64,000 nt of DNA, from the IMG/VR virus record IMGVR_UViG_3300030376_007244. One strand, 5' to 3'. Position 1 is the first letter of the stretch, and each line of letters opens with the position of its first letter. Shown here piece after piece: positions 40,619-50,200 of the stretch. The translations under genes were made by a program, and so were the position numbers. Under the pieces are notes generated by a model. It ran no database searches. It was given only the letters and a program-made list of their open reading frames with translations, and was not told where the DNA came from. This stretch comes from an uncultured virus (IMG/VR IMGVR_UViG_3300030376_007244). Taxonomy: Duplodnaviria > Heunggongvirae > Uroviricota > Caudoviricetes.

Positions 40619-40672
40619 AAAAAATGAAAAAAAGCATGTACATATATACTATTTTACGTGTAGATTCTAATA
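40619..40672 (+). promoter_or_regulatory. Putative early (host sigma70-like) promoter with A-tract UP element
   Basis: AAAAAAAGCATGTACA-18 nt-TAGATTCTAATA; near-identical copy at about 42292-42344. Confidence 0.7.
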
Positions 40673-40692
40673 TAAATTAAAGGGATACAATT

Positions 40693-41547
40693 ATGTATGA
40701 ACCAAACCTAAATAAAACTCTATTCAGTATCGTATCAGATGTTATGAGACGTGGCAATGATGTTGAAGCTAGAGGTACAAAGCAAAAAGAAATAACATTT
40801 TATAAATGCACAATAGAAGATCCAACTGATTTATTGATTGCATATCCAGATAGAAAGTTCAATCCAGATTATGCAATTACAGAATGGTTATGGTACTTAT
40901 CTCAACATAAAAGCACAGAAAACATTGGTAAAATGGCTAAGATATGGGATATGATTAAGGATGAAAATGGTGAATGTGAATCAAATTATGGTGAATATCT
41001 CATTCCTTCTGGTCAATGGTCTTGGGTAATAAATGAATTGATTAATGATCCAGATTCTAGACGTGCAACTATTGCCATAAATCAACCATATCATAAAGGT
41101 AAAAACGTAAATGATATTCCATGCACTCAATACATTCAATTTTTTATTCGCAATGGTAGATTGGATATGGGTGTCTATATGAGATCTAACGATGTCATAT
41201 ACGGTTTTTGTAATGATATATTTACATTTTCATTATTTCATCAGTTAATGTGTAATGACTTAAAATCTTTAGGCCTCGATGTTGAATTAGGTGAATATCA
41301 TCACCACGCAGGTAGCATGCACATATATGAAAGACATTATGATATGGCAAATAAGATTATTTCAAATGAAGCATCGGTACATTACAAAAAGCAATTACCT
41401 AAAATTAAATTGCATTCTCATGTTACATTACAATATATATTATCAAAGGAACTCTATCTTCCCCGAGTTCCAATGACAAAACAAGAAATTAAAGAAAAGT
41501 CTTTAGAGTTATCAAAAATGTTATTAGAAGAGGTTTCAAATGGCTAA
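40693..41547 (+). CDS. Thymidylate-synthase-fold enzyme, dCMP hydroxymethylase (T4 gp42)-like
   Basis: EWLWY, SNYG, DSRRA, DIPCT, MRSNDVIYGFCND with Asp at the specificity position, SMHIYERH. Confidence 0.75.
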   Translation: MYEPNLNKTLFSIVSDVMRRGNDVEARGTKQKEITFYKCTIEDPTDLLIAYPDRKFNPDYAITEWLWYLSQHKSTENIGKMAKIWDMIKDENGECESNYGEYLIPSGQWSWVINELINDPDSRRATIAINQPYHKGKNVNDIPCTQYIQFFIRNGRLDMGVYMRSNDVIYGFCNDIFTFSLFHQLMCNDLKSLGLDVELGEYHHHAGSMHIYERHYDMANKIISNEASVHYKKQLPKIKLHSHVTLQYILSKELYLPRVPMTKQEIKEKSLELSKMLLEEVSNG

Positions 41548-41872
41548 AAAACAATCAATATTGCAACAAGCAGATAGTATAATAAACGATAGATCAGAAG
41601 AGAAAGAAAGAATGTATGGTCCTTTCTCTGAAGGTATGCGTCGTGCTGCTATGATAGCAACTGGTATGACTGGTAAAGAATTTACTGGTTCTGACATTTA
41701 CGCTGCTATGGTTGCTCTTAAATTAAGTCGTCATTCATATTCATATAAACAAGATAATTTGTTAGATGCGTGTGCTTACTTAGGTGCACTTGACAATTAT
41801 GTTGACGAATTCGGTTACAAAGATACAGAAAAACAAGTAGAATTAGGAGAACAGTCCAATGAAAGTAAGTAG
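41540..41872 (+). CDS. DUF6378-like all-alpha NTP pyrophosphatase-like protein
   Basis: SILQQA..IINDR...YG...MVALKLSR...DNLLDACAY. Confidence 0.7.
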   Translation: MAKKQSILQQADSIINDRSEEKERMYGPFSEGMRRAAMIATGMTGKEFTGSDIYAAMVALKLSRHSYSYKQDNLLDACAYLGALDNYVDEFGYKDTEKQVELGEQSNESK

Positions 41873-42293
41873 AATACGAGATGTCAAACTTCCACAGCGA
41901 GCAAATGCTAATGATGCAGGTATTGACTTTTTTGTTCCTAATGATTTTAAAGGTAAGTGGTTAGGAAAGAACGAAGGAATATTAATACCGTCAGGTGTTA
42001 GAGTTAATGTTCCAGATAATCATGCATTGATTGCATTTAACAAATCTGGTGTTGCAGTAAAAAGGCAGTTATTAGGTGGAGCATGTGTTGTAGACGAAGG
42101 TTATCAAGGTGAATTACATATTCATGTTATCAATCTTAGTCAAGAACCACAGGAAATAATAGCTGGAGAAAAGATTATGCAGTTTATTTTGATGCCAATG
42201 TTTTATGATGGTGTTGAAGAAGTTGAAGATGGAGAGTTGTTTTCTGAAGAATCAACAAGAGGTGATGGTGGATTTGGTTCAACAGGTGTATAA
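41859..42293 (+). CDS. dut: Trimeric dUTPase
   Basis: AGIDF, NKSG, VVDEGYQGE, GEKIMQ, RGDGGFGSTG. Confidence 0.95.
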   Translation: MKVSRIRDVKLPQRANANDAGIDFFVPNDFKGKWLGKNEGILIPSGVRVNVPDNHALIAFNKSGVAVKRQLLGGACVVDEGYQGELHIHVINLSQEPQEIIAGEKIMQFILMPMFYDGVEEVEDGELFSEESTRGDGGFGSTGV

Positions 42294-42344
42294 AAAAATA
42301 AAAAAAGCATGTACTTTTAATCCTGAATCGTTTAGATTCTAATA
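42292..42344 (+). promoter_or_regulatory. Putative early promoter, second copy
   Basis: AAAAAAAGCATGTACT-17 nt-TAGATTCTAATA upstream of polB. Confidence 0.7.
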
Positions 42345-42360
42345 AATAAATGAGGTTATA

Positions 42361-44793
42361 ATGAAATTATCAAGAGTATGTTCTAAGTTCAATAAAGGTA
42401 AGTGGAATCTTAGTCTGTTTGGCTATGATGAAAACAATACACCAGTCAGTAAGAAAGTGTTGTATGAAGATTACTTTTATTATGATAAAGAACACATCAA
42501 AGATGTTGCCACATATGGCTTCAGAGTAGAAGAAGGTAAGTCATATCCAAGTTTATACGGCAAAGATGTTGTAAAGGTTTATTATCGTTCTATCAAGAAC
42601 AAGAACCAGTTGGTAAGATCAAAACCAGACAGAATATTCGAAGCTGATATTCTACCAGAACAAAAGTACATACTAGACAATAAGTTAGAATGGTCAAGCT
42701 ATCGTAACATTATGTTCTTCGATATTGAAACATGGTATGACGCAGATGATCCTGATGGTAATATGCCAGATGCTGCACGTCAACCTATAACTGCAATTGT
42801 TGGTTACTCAACACTTGATAAAGAATACTTCGTCTTCTCATGGAATCCTGAAAAGACTAAAGATTACACAGAACCCAAACTCATAAGTAAAGATGGTATC
42901 AACTATTCATTCTTCAGTGATGAACAAACTATGTTAGCTTCATTTATGGATTTTGTTAGGTTATCTCATGTCGATGTTCTAACAGGTTGGTATTCAAGTC
43001 AATATGATTTACCATATATTATCAATCGTGCTAAAAATATTGGATTGAACCATAAAGCAATATCACCAATTGACGAAATACGAATGTATAAGAAAGGTGA
43101 CTATTGGAGAATCTATCTTCAAGGTGTAGATCACATTGATATGCAAGATGCATTGCAAGACTTAGGTTACAATCTTCCAAACTGGAAGCTAGCAACTGCA
43201 GCTGAAACAATTGTTCAAAATACAGATGTTGAAAAGTTAAAAGAAGTAACATGGCAGAATTGGTTAGATGATTACAAAGGCTTCATTGAATACGCAGTAC
43301 GAGATGTTGAAATACTAGTTGAGATCGAAAAGAAAGTAAAGATATTTGATTTGTATACATCACTACAAGAAACAGCTGGTCTTGTCAACATGAGTCTAGT
43401 TATGAGTAAGTCTGTTGTAGTTGATTCTTATATCAAGACAGCATTCAGTGGCAACATTGTGTTTCCAACACGAGTCACTCTACCAAAACAAAAGTATATG
43501 GGTGCCATTGTATTAGATCCAGTTGAACCAGGTGTACACAAAGATATGTCAATCTTAGATTATACATCACTATATCCAACAACTATTATGGCATTTAACA
43601 TATCACCTGAAACATTCATTGCATCTGAAGATCAATGTATACAAGCAGGTATGAAAATTGATGATGTTATTGAATCTCTAAACAATGAAAATATACCATT
43701 CATCGATACTGGTTGTCACGAGGATCTCTTCGGTAAGCGTTATTTGTTTTATGCTCATGAGTACAAGCTTGGCCTTATGCCATTCTTACTTAAAAAGTTG
43801 TTTCTTCAAAGAGTTGAAGCTAACGAAAAACTTAAATTAGATACTACACCAGAAGCAGAAAAGCTATCATTGAACGTCAAACAAAAAGCAATTAAGTTGA
43901 TATTGAATTCAGCGTATGGTGCTATGGGCTTTAACTACTTTAGACTTTACAAACCTGAATGTGCAGATGCAATAACATTTTTTGCTAGAGAAGCATTGAA
44001 ATATGCAGTTGTAAAGTGGCATACAAACATGGATCATCCAGTAATTTACGGTGATACTGATTCAATCATGATTAAACAAAATGGTTATTCTGTAGATCAG
44101 ATAAAAGTCAAGCTAGATGATTTCACTGAAATGCTAAAGAACGATTTCTTCAAACAATACAGTAATACACTAAACGAAGACTACTTTATGATGGATCTAA
44201 AGTTCGAAATGGACTTAGAATACATGTATTTCGGTAATGCTAAGAAACGTTATTATGCGATTGAACGTGGATCTGGTAAGAGTTATATCAAAGGTCTAAA
44301 CATCATTCGTAAAGATGCTCCTAAGTTTGCAAAGGGTATTCTAGATGAGCTTGCTGAAAAAGCAGTTAGACAGCAACTTACACTTGAAGATCTAACAAGT
44401 CTAAGACAGAAGATTCTTACAATACCGTATCAAGAAATCGGTATCACAAAATCTTTCACTAAGAAGTTCTTCATGTACAATAAGAATAAACCTCAACATC
44501 TAACTGCAGCAATGTGGGCTAATGAAATTATGAATGCAGGTGTAGATCACATGGATAAGCCTTTATTATTTTATGTGAAGTCTAAATGTCAAGAAGACTT
44601 AAAGCCTAGAGAAAGAAATACAGCTATCTGTTTGAATGAAGAACAGTTGAACTTAATTGACGATAACACAGATAAGTTTGAAATTGATTACGACATGTGG
44701 TTTCAAAAGCAAATCTTAGATCAAGTAGAAGAGTTTGCTGAAATACCATCGGTTAAAGATGTCGTAGAACGATATAAAGGAGTTATAGCATGA
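42361..44793 (+). CDS. Family-B DNA polymerase with 3'-5' exonuclease
   Basis: FFDIET, YDLPYI, YAVRDV, DYTSLYPT, KLILNSAYG, YGDTDS, KKRY. Confidence 0.96.
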   Translation: MKLSRVCSKFNKGKWNLSLFGYDENNTPVSKKVLYEDYFYYDKEHIKDVATYGFRVEEGKSYPSLYGKDVVKVYYRSIKNKNQLVRSKPDRIFEADILPEQKYILDNKLEWSSYRNIMFFDIETWYDADDPDGNMPDAARQPITAIVGYSTLDKEYFVFSWNPEKTKDYTEPKLISKDGINYSFFSDEQTMLASFMDFVRLSHVDVLTGWYSSQYDLPYIINRAKNIGLNHKAISPIDEIRMYKKGDYWRIYLQGVDHIDMQDALQDLGYNLPNWKLATAAETIVQNTDVEKLKEVTWQNWLDDYKGFIEYAVRDVEILVEIEKKVKIFDLYTSLQETAGLVNMSLVMSKSVVVDSYIKTAFSGNIVFPTRVTLPKQKYMGAIVLDPVEPGVHKDMSILDYTSLYPTTIMAFNISPETFIASEDQCIQAGMKIDDVIESLNNENIPFIDTGCHEDLFGKRYLFYAHEYKLGLMPFLLKKLFLQRVEANEKLKLDTTPEAEKLSLNVKQKAIKLILNSAYGAMGFNYFRLYKPECADAITFFAREALKYAVVKWHTNMDHPVIYGDTDSIMIKQNGYSVDQIKVKLDDFTEMLKNDFFKQYSNTLNEDYFMMDLKFEMDLEYMYFGNAKKRYYAIERGSGKSYIKGLNIIRKDAPKFAKGILDELAEKAVRQQLTLEDLTSLRQKILTIPYQEIGITKSFTKKFFMYNKNKPQHLTAAMWANEIMNAGVDHMDKPLLFYVKSKCQEDLKPRERNTAICLNEEQLNLIDDNTDKFEIDYDMWFQKQILDQVEEFAEIPSVKDVVERYKGVIA

Positions 44794-45188
44794 AGTTAAA
44801 TCCAGTTAATGTGATTAATGATTCACCAAATGGGACAACCAATAAAGATGTGGACATCATAGATTATATGGAAGAAAAGTATCCAGGTATGACATCTGAG
44901 TTTAAGAAGATTCAGAGAGAACAATATGAATTATTTTTGCATAAGCAACACGATTATGGTCCACAAAATATTGCTGTTGGACAAATGTTGCAAAATGCAC
45001 AAGAAATAAGGTTATCTTTGATGGGTATTTGGTTTAGAATTAACGATAAAGTAGAACGAATAAAGACTATATTAATGAGAGGTGACGATGGATCCTTAAA
45101 AGGAGAAGGATTGGTCGACAGTTATAGTGATATTTCAAATTATGGAGTCATGGCACAAGTTGTGGCTAGAGGAAAGTGGGCTAAATAA
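44790..45188 (+). CDS. DUF1599 / nucleotide-modification-associated domain 1 (MazG-like) protein
   Basis: LFLHKQHDYG..NI...FRINDKVERI...EGLVDSYSDISNYG. Confidence 0.8.
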   Translation: MKLNPVNVINDSPNGTTNKDVDIIDYMEEKYPGMTSEFKKIQREQYELFLHKQHDYGPQNIAVGQMLQNAQEIRLSLMGIWFRINDKVERIKTILMRGDDGSLKGEGLVDSYSDISNYGVMAQVVARGKWAK

Positions 45189-45409
45189 TGGCAAGAGGAA
45201 GAAAAAAGAAATACGTAAGACCAACAATTGAGTGTGAGTGCGATACATGTGGCAAAGGTTTAACACAGCCTTACATTCATATAGCATTGGCTAGATCAGG
45301 TTTCATAACGTCAACACCAGTTGAAGAAGGAACTAAAAACAGAGATTTACCAGGTGCTAAAACTGGTTATTACTGTAATACTGAATGTTACAGGGAGTCA
45401 GCAGTATAA
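45188..45409 (+). CDS. Small Zn-finger protein
   Basis: CDTC and YCNTEC motifs, basic N-terminus. Confidence 0.65.
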   Translation: MARGRKKKYVRPTIECECDTCGKGLTQPYIHIALARSGFITSTPVEEGTKNRDLPGAKTGYYCNTECYRESAV

Positions 45410-46287
45410 TGGAAAAAATAAGTTGGTCACAAGTACAAATATATAATCAATGTCCATGGAAATGGAAGTTAAACTATATAGATAAAATAAGACCAGTAAG
45501 TGATTCTATTTATACAATATATGGTAAAGCTTTACATGAAGTGCTTCAGACATACCTAACAGAAATGTACGATCATTCTATCAAAAAAGCTGATGAATTA
45601 GATCTGCCTAATTTGTTAGTAGATAGGGTAAAGTTTTATTATGGTGATGCAGTTGAAGCACGACGAGGTTCTCATTTTTCAACACAAGGAGAGTTATCCG
45701 AATTTTGTATACAGGGAGCAAAAGCTTTACAGTGGTTTAAAAAGAGAAGAGGTCAATATTTCTCAAAGAAGAACTGGGAACTTTTAGGTATTGAAGTACC
45801 ACTAAATACAGAGTATAACGGTGTTAAGGTTTTAGGTTTTATTGATGTGTTATTGAGAAATAAGAAGACTGGAAAGTATAGGTTGATCGATATTAAGACT
45901 TCTACTAGGGGTTGGAAATACGAAAAGAAAGATCCAATGAAACGTGGTCAGTTAATTTTCTATAAGAAGTTTATAGCTGAAAAGTATGGTTGTGATATTG
46001 CAGATATTGATGTTGAGTTCTTTATTGTTAAACGATTGTTATGGGAAAAGTCAGATTTTCCTCAAAAGTACATTCAGAAGTTTGAACCTCCATCGGCCAA
46101 TGTATCAATTAATAAAACATTTAAAACTGTAGACGTATTTATAGATGAATGTTTCAATGAAGATGGAAGTTACAAAGTAGATCAAAATTTTATGAAACGC
46201 GGAGTTAAAACAAAGTGTAAATGGTGCGAGTTTAAAGACAAACCAAAGATGTGCGATAAACTCTACGTGGAAAGTGAGGACAAATGA
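45409..46287 (+). CDS. PD-(D/E)XK nuclease, Cas4/RecB-like
   Basis: SWS...CPWKW, GKALH, GIEVPL..GFIDV..IDIKT, QL.FY, C-terminal CKWC...C; ATG 45409 preferred to 45385. Confidence 0.88.
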   Translation: MEKISWSQVQIYNQCPWKWKLNYIDKIRPVSDSIYTIYGKALHEVLQTYLTEMYDHSIKKADELDLPNLLVDRVKFYYGDAVEARRGSHFSTQGELSEFCIQGAKALQWFKKRRGQYFSKKNWELLGIEVPLNTEYNGVKVLGFIDVLLRNKKTGKYRLIDIKTSTRGWKYEKKDPMKRGQLIFYKKFIAEKYGCDIADIDVEFFIVKRLLWEKSDFPQKYIQKFEPPSANVSINKTFKTVDVFIDECFNEDGSYKVDQNFMKRGVKTKCKWCEFKDKPKMCDKLYVESEDK

Positions 46288-46724
46288 TACAGACAGTTAG
46301 GTTTAATACAGAAGATTTTATAGGCACAGATTTTGAAGATGTAGTTTGGGATAAACTGAAGGATTGTAAGAAAAAATCAAAGTTTAAAATTTTATTCTAC
46401 GTAACGCATAATCAAAATATGAAAGCTGTTACTGATTGCATTATGAAACACGATGATGCTTTATCATACAAGACAGAGATCCAATTAGAAGATCTCGCCA
46501 TGAAACATCGAGTGTTTTTAGAAGTAGAAAATTCAAACAACCTATTAGGTAATACTGATTATAGATTCAAAATAACTGCTCCAGCTCCAATAAACTTAAT
46601 GAAAGCTATTGATTTTATGGATGATCATAGGTCATTTACCGAAAATCAAGGCAAAACTGCAATGGAGTTATCTAAAAAGCAGAAAAGAAATGATTCAAAT
46701 GAGTACGATTATAATAAAAAGTGA
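46284..46724 (+). CDS. Hypothetical protein
   Basis: ATGA-coupled 146-aa ORF. Confidence 0.65.
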   Translation: MIQTVRFNTEDFIGTDFEDVVWDKLKDCKKKSKFKILFYVTHNQNMKAVTDCIMKHDDALSYKTEIQLEDLAMKHRVFLEVENSNNLLGNTDYRFKITAPAPINLMKAIDFMDDHRSFTENQGKTAMELSKKQKRNDSNEYDYNKK

Positions 46725-46726
46725 CA

Positions 46727-46752
46727 TTTTAAGTATATACGACAATATATAT
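46727..46752 (+). promoter_or_regulatory. Putative middle-class promoter TTTT-N14-ATATATAT
   Basis: TTTTAA at 46727, ATATATAT at 46745. Confidence 0.55.
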
Positions 46753-46775
46753 AGTTATATATAAAGAGGAATGTT

Positions 46776-46979
46776 ATGATAAACGATATATGGAAACTAA
46801 CATCAATCAAAGTATTGTCTGATGTTTACAAACAGTTCAAAAATCAAGGAAAGATGAATAATATTACATTACAAAAGCTTGTTAACAGGTCAATGTATAT
46901 GTACTTAAATGATGAGAACTTTGCAGAAAAGATAGAAAGTGTAAAAGATCTTAAAGAAAATTACAAAAACGGTTATTAA
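46776..46979 (+). CDS. Small protein, possibly ribbon-helix-helix DNA-binding
   Basis: LTSIKV strand then two helices (YKQFK, LQKLVNRSM); GAGG SD. Confidence 0.55.
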   Translation: MINDIWKLTSIKVLSDVYKQFKNQGKMNNITLQKLVNRSMYMYLNDENFAEKIESVKDLKENYKNGY

Positions 46980-46990
46980 AAGGAGATTCA

Positions 46991-48481
46991 ATGTACAAGG
47001 TCGGTGATATTCGTAATGGATACGAAGTGCTGCCGAAAGAAGAACGCAAAACCATACTCTTATTGAGTGATGATATGCGTATGACATCTGGAGTTGGAAA
47101 TATGTCCAGAGAAATTGTTATACAAACTATTCATAGGTTTAATTGGGTTCAAATCGGCGGGGCTATCAGTCATCCTGATAACGGAAAAAATGTTGATATG
47201 AATGAAGACATAACAAACAGAACTGGTGTTCCAGATTGCAATGTAAAGGTACACCCAGTTAATGGTTATGGTGATCAAATGCTCGTAAGAGGTTTAATGG
47301 GTCACTACAATGTAAGTGGCTTAATGATTTATACAGACCCAAGATTTTGGGAATGGTTGTTTCAGATGGAAAGAGAGATAAGACAAGATGTACCGATTAT
47401 GTACTATAATATTTGGGACGATTTGCCATATCCAATGTGGAATCAAAAATATTATGATTCAGTAGATGCGTTGTTTAACATATCTAAGCAAACAGTTAAC
47501 ATAGTTAACAATGTTAGATCAGAGATTGAGCCATGGCAATCAACCTACATACCTCATGGAATAAATGAGGAAGATTATTTTCCCATTGATGAGTCATATG
47601 AGAAGCATGACGATTTTTTAAAGTTTAAAGAACAACTCACACGGAAGGGCAAAAAGAAATTTGTAATCTTTTATAATGCTAGAAACATTCGTAGAAAACT
47701 TCCAGGTGATATAGTTTATGCGTATAGAACATTTTGCGATCAGCTTACAAAGGAAGAAGCTGATGAATGTTTATTGTTAATGCACTGTGCACCTAGAGAT
47801 CAGAATGGTACAGACTTACCAAATCTTGTTGAGAATTTGTGTCCAGAATATGATGTTGCATTTTCAGATCATAAATACGAAAGAGAACAGATGAACTGGT
47901 TGTATAATTCTGCAAATGTATCTATATTGATTAGTTCTAATGAAGGCTTTGGTTTAATGGGTGCAGAAACATTAATATGCGGTACTCCATTACTTGTTAA
48001 CGTATCTGGTGGAATGCAAGATTATTGTGGATTTAAAAAAGAAGATGGATCATATTTGACAGTAGATGATTACACGACAGAATGGGGATCTAATCACGAT
48101 GGTCGGTATAAAGATCATGGTGAATGGGTTTTCCCAGTGTGGCCACAATCTAGGTCACTTCAGGGTTCTGTACCGACACCATACATTTCAGACGATAGAC
48201 CTGATTTTCAAGATGTGGCTATTCAGTTACTGACTGCTTACAGATTGGGACCAGATGAACTAAGACGTAGAGGATTAGAAGGTCACAAATACGTAATGAA
48301 TCCAGAATATGGATTTACAGCTTCGGAAATGGGTAGAAGGTTTATAAACGATATTGATACAACGTTTGAGAAGTTCGAACCACGAGATAGGTTTGAAATA
48401 ACAAATGCAATTACGTATACTAAACCTCAGCCTAAATTTAATGGATTAACACTTAGTAAGGAGATTATTGCAAATGTATAA
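46991..48481 (+). CDS. GT-B (GT4-like) glycosyltransferase
   Basis: ILLLSDD..SGVG, YIPHGI, RNIRRK, SSNEGFGL..AE..ICGTP. Confidence 0.88.
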   Translation: MYKVGDIRNGYEVLPKEERKTILLLSDDMRMTSGVGNMSREIVIQTIHRFNWVQIGGAISHPDNGKNVDMNEDITNRTGVPDCNVKVHPVNGYGDQMLVRGLMGHYNVSGLMIYTDPRFWEWLFQMEREIRQDVPIMYYNIWDDLPYPMWNQKYYDSVDALFNISKQTVNIVNNVRSEIEPWQSTYIPHGINEEDYFPIDESYEKHDDFLKFKEQLTRKGKKKFVIFYNARNIRRKLPGDIVYAYRTFCDQLTKEEADECLLLMHCAPRDQNGTDLPNLVENLCPEYDVAFSDHKYEREQMNWLYNSANVSILISSNEGFGLMGAETLICGTPLLVNVSGGMQDYCGFKKEDGSYLTVDDYTTEWGSNHDGRYKDHGEWVFPVWPQSRSLQGSVPTPYISDDRPDFQDVAIQLLTAYRLGPDELRRRGLEGHKYVMNPEYGFTASEMGRRFINDIDTTFEKFEPRDRFEITNAITYTKPQPKFNGLTLSKEIIANV

Positions 48482-49763
48482 GCCAACAGTAGTCGTGACT
48501 TCTCCAGCTGCAACGAGATCTGGATATGGATCTAGGGCTAGAGATGTTATACGAGCATTGATTGATATTGGAAAATACGATGTGCATGTTAATTTGGTTC
48601 CATGGGGTAATACTCCACAAAATGCATTATCGATGGATGATCCAAAAGATAAGATGATCATTGATAGAATAAACTATAATATTGATTTTCAACCTGATGT
48701 ACATGTTCACATTGTTGTACCAAATGAATTCACACCAGCAGGAAAGTTTAATATAGGAATAACTGCAGGATTAGAAACAACGTTGATACCTCAAAGTTGG
48801 ATTGACGGTTGCAATAGAATGGATTTAGTATTAGCCAGTTCAAACTTCTCTGCACAAACTATGGTATCTACAGAGTTTAGAAACGATCAAACAAAGGAAG
48901 TTTTAAAGATAACAAAACCAGTTGGTGTATTATTTGAAGGAGCAGATACAAATCTATACAAGATTACAGATGAATGTTCTGTACCATTAGCTGAGCAGAT
49001 GGATAAAATAAAGGAATCATTTAATTTCTTATTTGTTGGACATTGGCTCCAAGGTGGATTAGGAAGAGATAGAAAAGATGTTGGAATGTTAATTAAAACG
49101 TTTTTAGAAGCTTACACATCTAAGCATAATGTTGGATTAATATTGAAAACATCTGGTGCTACACCTTCAAAAATAGATTATCAAGATTTAATTCATAAGG
49201 TTGAAGAAATAAAGAAAATAGTTAACAATCCAGATCCACCAAACATATACATTCTACATGGAGATCTTCATGATTATGAAATGAATCAACTTTATAATCA
49301 CCCTAAAGTGAAGGCACATGTTACGTTTACACACGGTGAAGGTTTTGGAAGACCATTATTGGAAGCGTCCTTATCTGCTAAACCAGTATTGGCACCAGGT
49401 TGGAGTGGTCACGTAGACTTTTTAGATAAGAAATATGCTGTGTTATTTGGTGGTGGTTTAGTTGGCGTAGGAGAAGACGCACTACCTGAACAAATATTTA
49501 TGAAGGAAATGAAGTGGTTTATGGTCAATCATAAGCAAGCTGCATCAACTATGAAAAATGTTAAACGTAATTATAGGCGTTTTAAGATTGCAGCTAGAAA
49601 GTTAGCTAAGCAAAATGCGGCTAAGTTTTCATTTAAATCTATGGTAAGCCATTTGAACACTATACTTGATCAGAGTCTGCCAAAGTTTACACAGACTGTT
49701 GATGTCAAACTACCAAATCTAAAAAAGCTACCTAAAAAACTACCTAAATTGGAGAAAGCATAA
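48468..49763 (+). CDS. GT-B (GT4-like) glycosyltransferase
   Basis: RSGYG..ARD, FLFVGHW...DRKD, HGEGFGRPLLEA..KPV..GWSGHVDF; start may be ATG 48474. Confidence 0.88.
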   Translation: MQMYKPTVVVTSPAATRSGYGSRARDVIRALIDIGKYDVHVNLVPWGNTPQNALSMDDPKDKMIIDRINYNIDFQPDVHVHIVVPNEFTPAGKFNIGITAGLETTLIPQSWIDGCNRMDLVLASSNFSAQTMVSTEFRNDQTKEVLKITKPVGVLFEGADTNLYKITDECSVPLAEQMDKIKESFNFLFVGHWLQGGLGRDRKDVGMLIKTFLEAYTSKHNVGLILKTSGATPSKIDYQDLIHKVEEIKKIVNNPDPPNIYILHGDLHDYEMNQLYNHPKVKAHVTFTHGEGFGRPLLEASLSAKPVLAPGWSGHVDFLDKKYAVLFGGGLVGVGEDALPEQIFMKEMKWFMVNHKQAASTMKNVKRNYRRFKIAARKLAKQNAAKFSFKSMVSHLNTILDQSLPKFTQTVDVKLPNLKKLPKKLPKLEKA

Positions 49764-50200
49764 TGGAAAGAGTTGTAGATTGTCCACACTGTGGAGATGA
49801 AGATAGGTGTTTTGAAGAAATGCAAGATGGATACAGTAGCTTTATGTGCTTTAACTGTGGATTCATGAGTGATACAAGGTTTACAGAAGAAAACGAAGCT
49901 AAAATGGATAGAGATACTAGCATACTTATTAATAGATTAAGTTGGTATGATGAAATCGGTAAGATATATTGGTTTCCAACTGTATTGAATATGGGTCAAA
50001 AGTTAGGTATGATATTTCCAGAAGGAACAGAAGAAGAGTGGAGATGGACCTATGCAAAAACAGTTCCAATTCCAGAAGAAAAGAAAGCTGCAATGGGAAA
50101 TCATGATTATATGTTAGATGTTGATAATGCAAAAACATATGATAAGTTGGATTTTTTAACTGCATGTAAAGATATGGGAATAGCCAAAGACATCAAATGA
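49763..50200 (+). CDS. Zn-ribbon hypothetical protein
   Basis: CPHC and CFNCG motifs. Confidence 0.7.
   Translation: MERVVDCPHCGDEDRCFEEMQDGYSSFMCFNCGFMSDTRFTEENEAKMDRDTSILINRLSWYDEIGKIYWFPTVLNMGQKLGMIFPEGTEEEWRWTYAKTVPIPEEKKAAMGNHDYMLDVDNAKTYDKLDFLTACKDMGIAKDIK

Noticed and set aside
40693..41547. Canonical thyA
   Set aside because: Asp rather than Asn at the specificity position and gp42-like motifs; symbol withheld.
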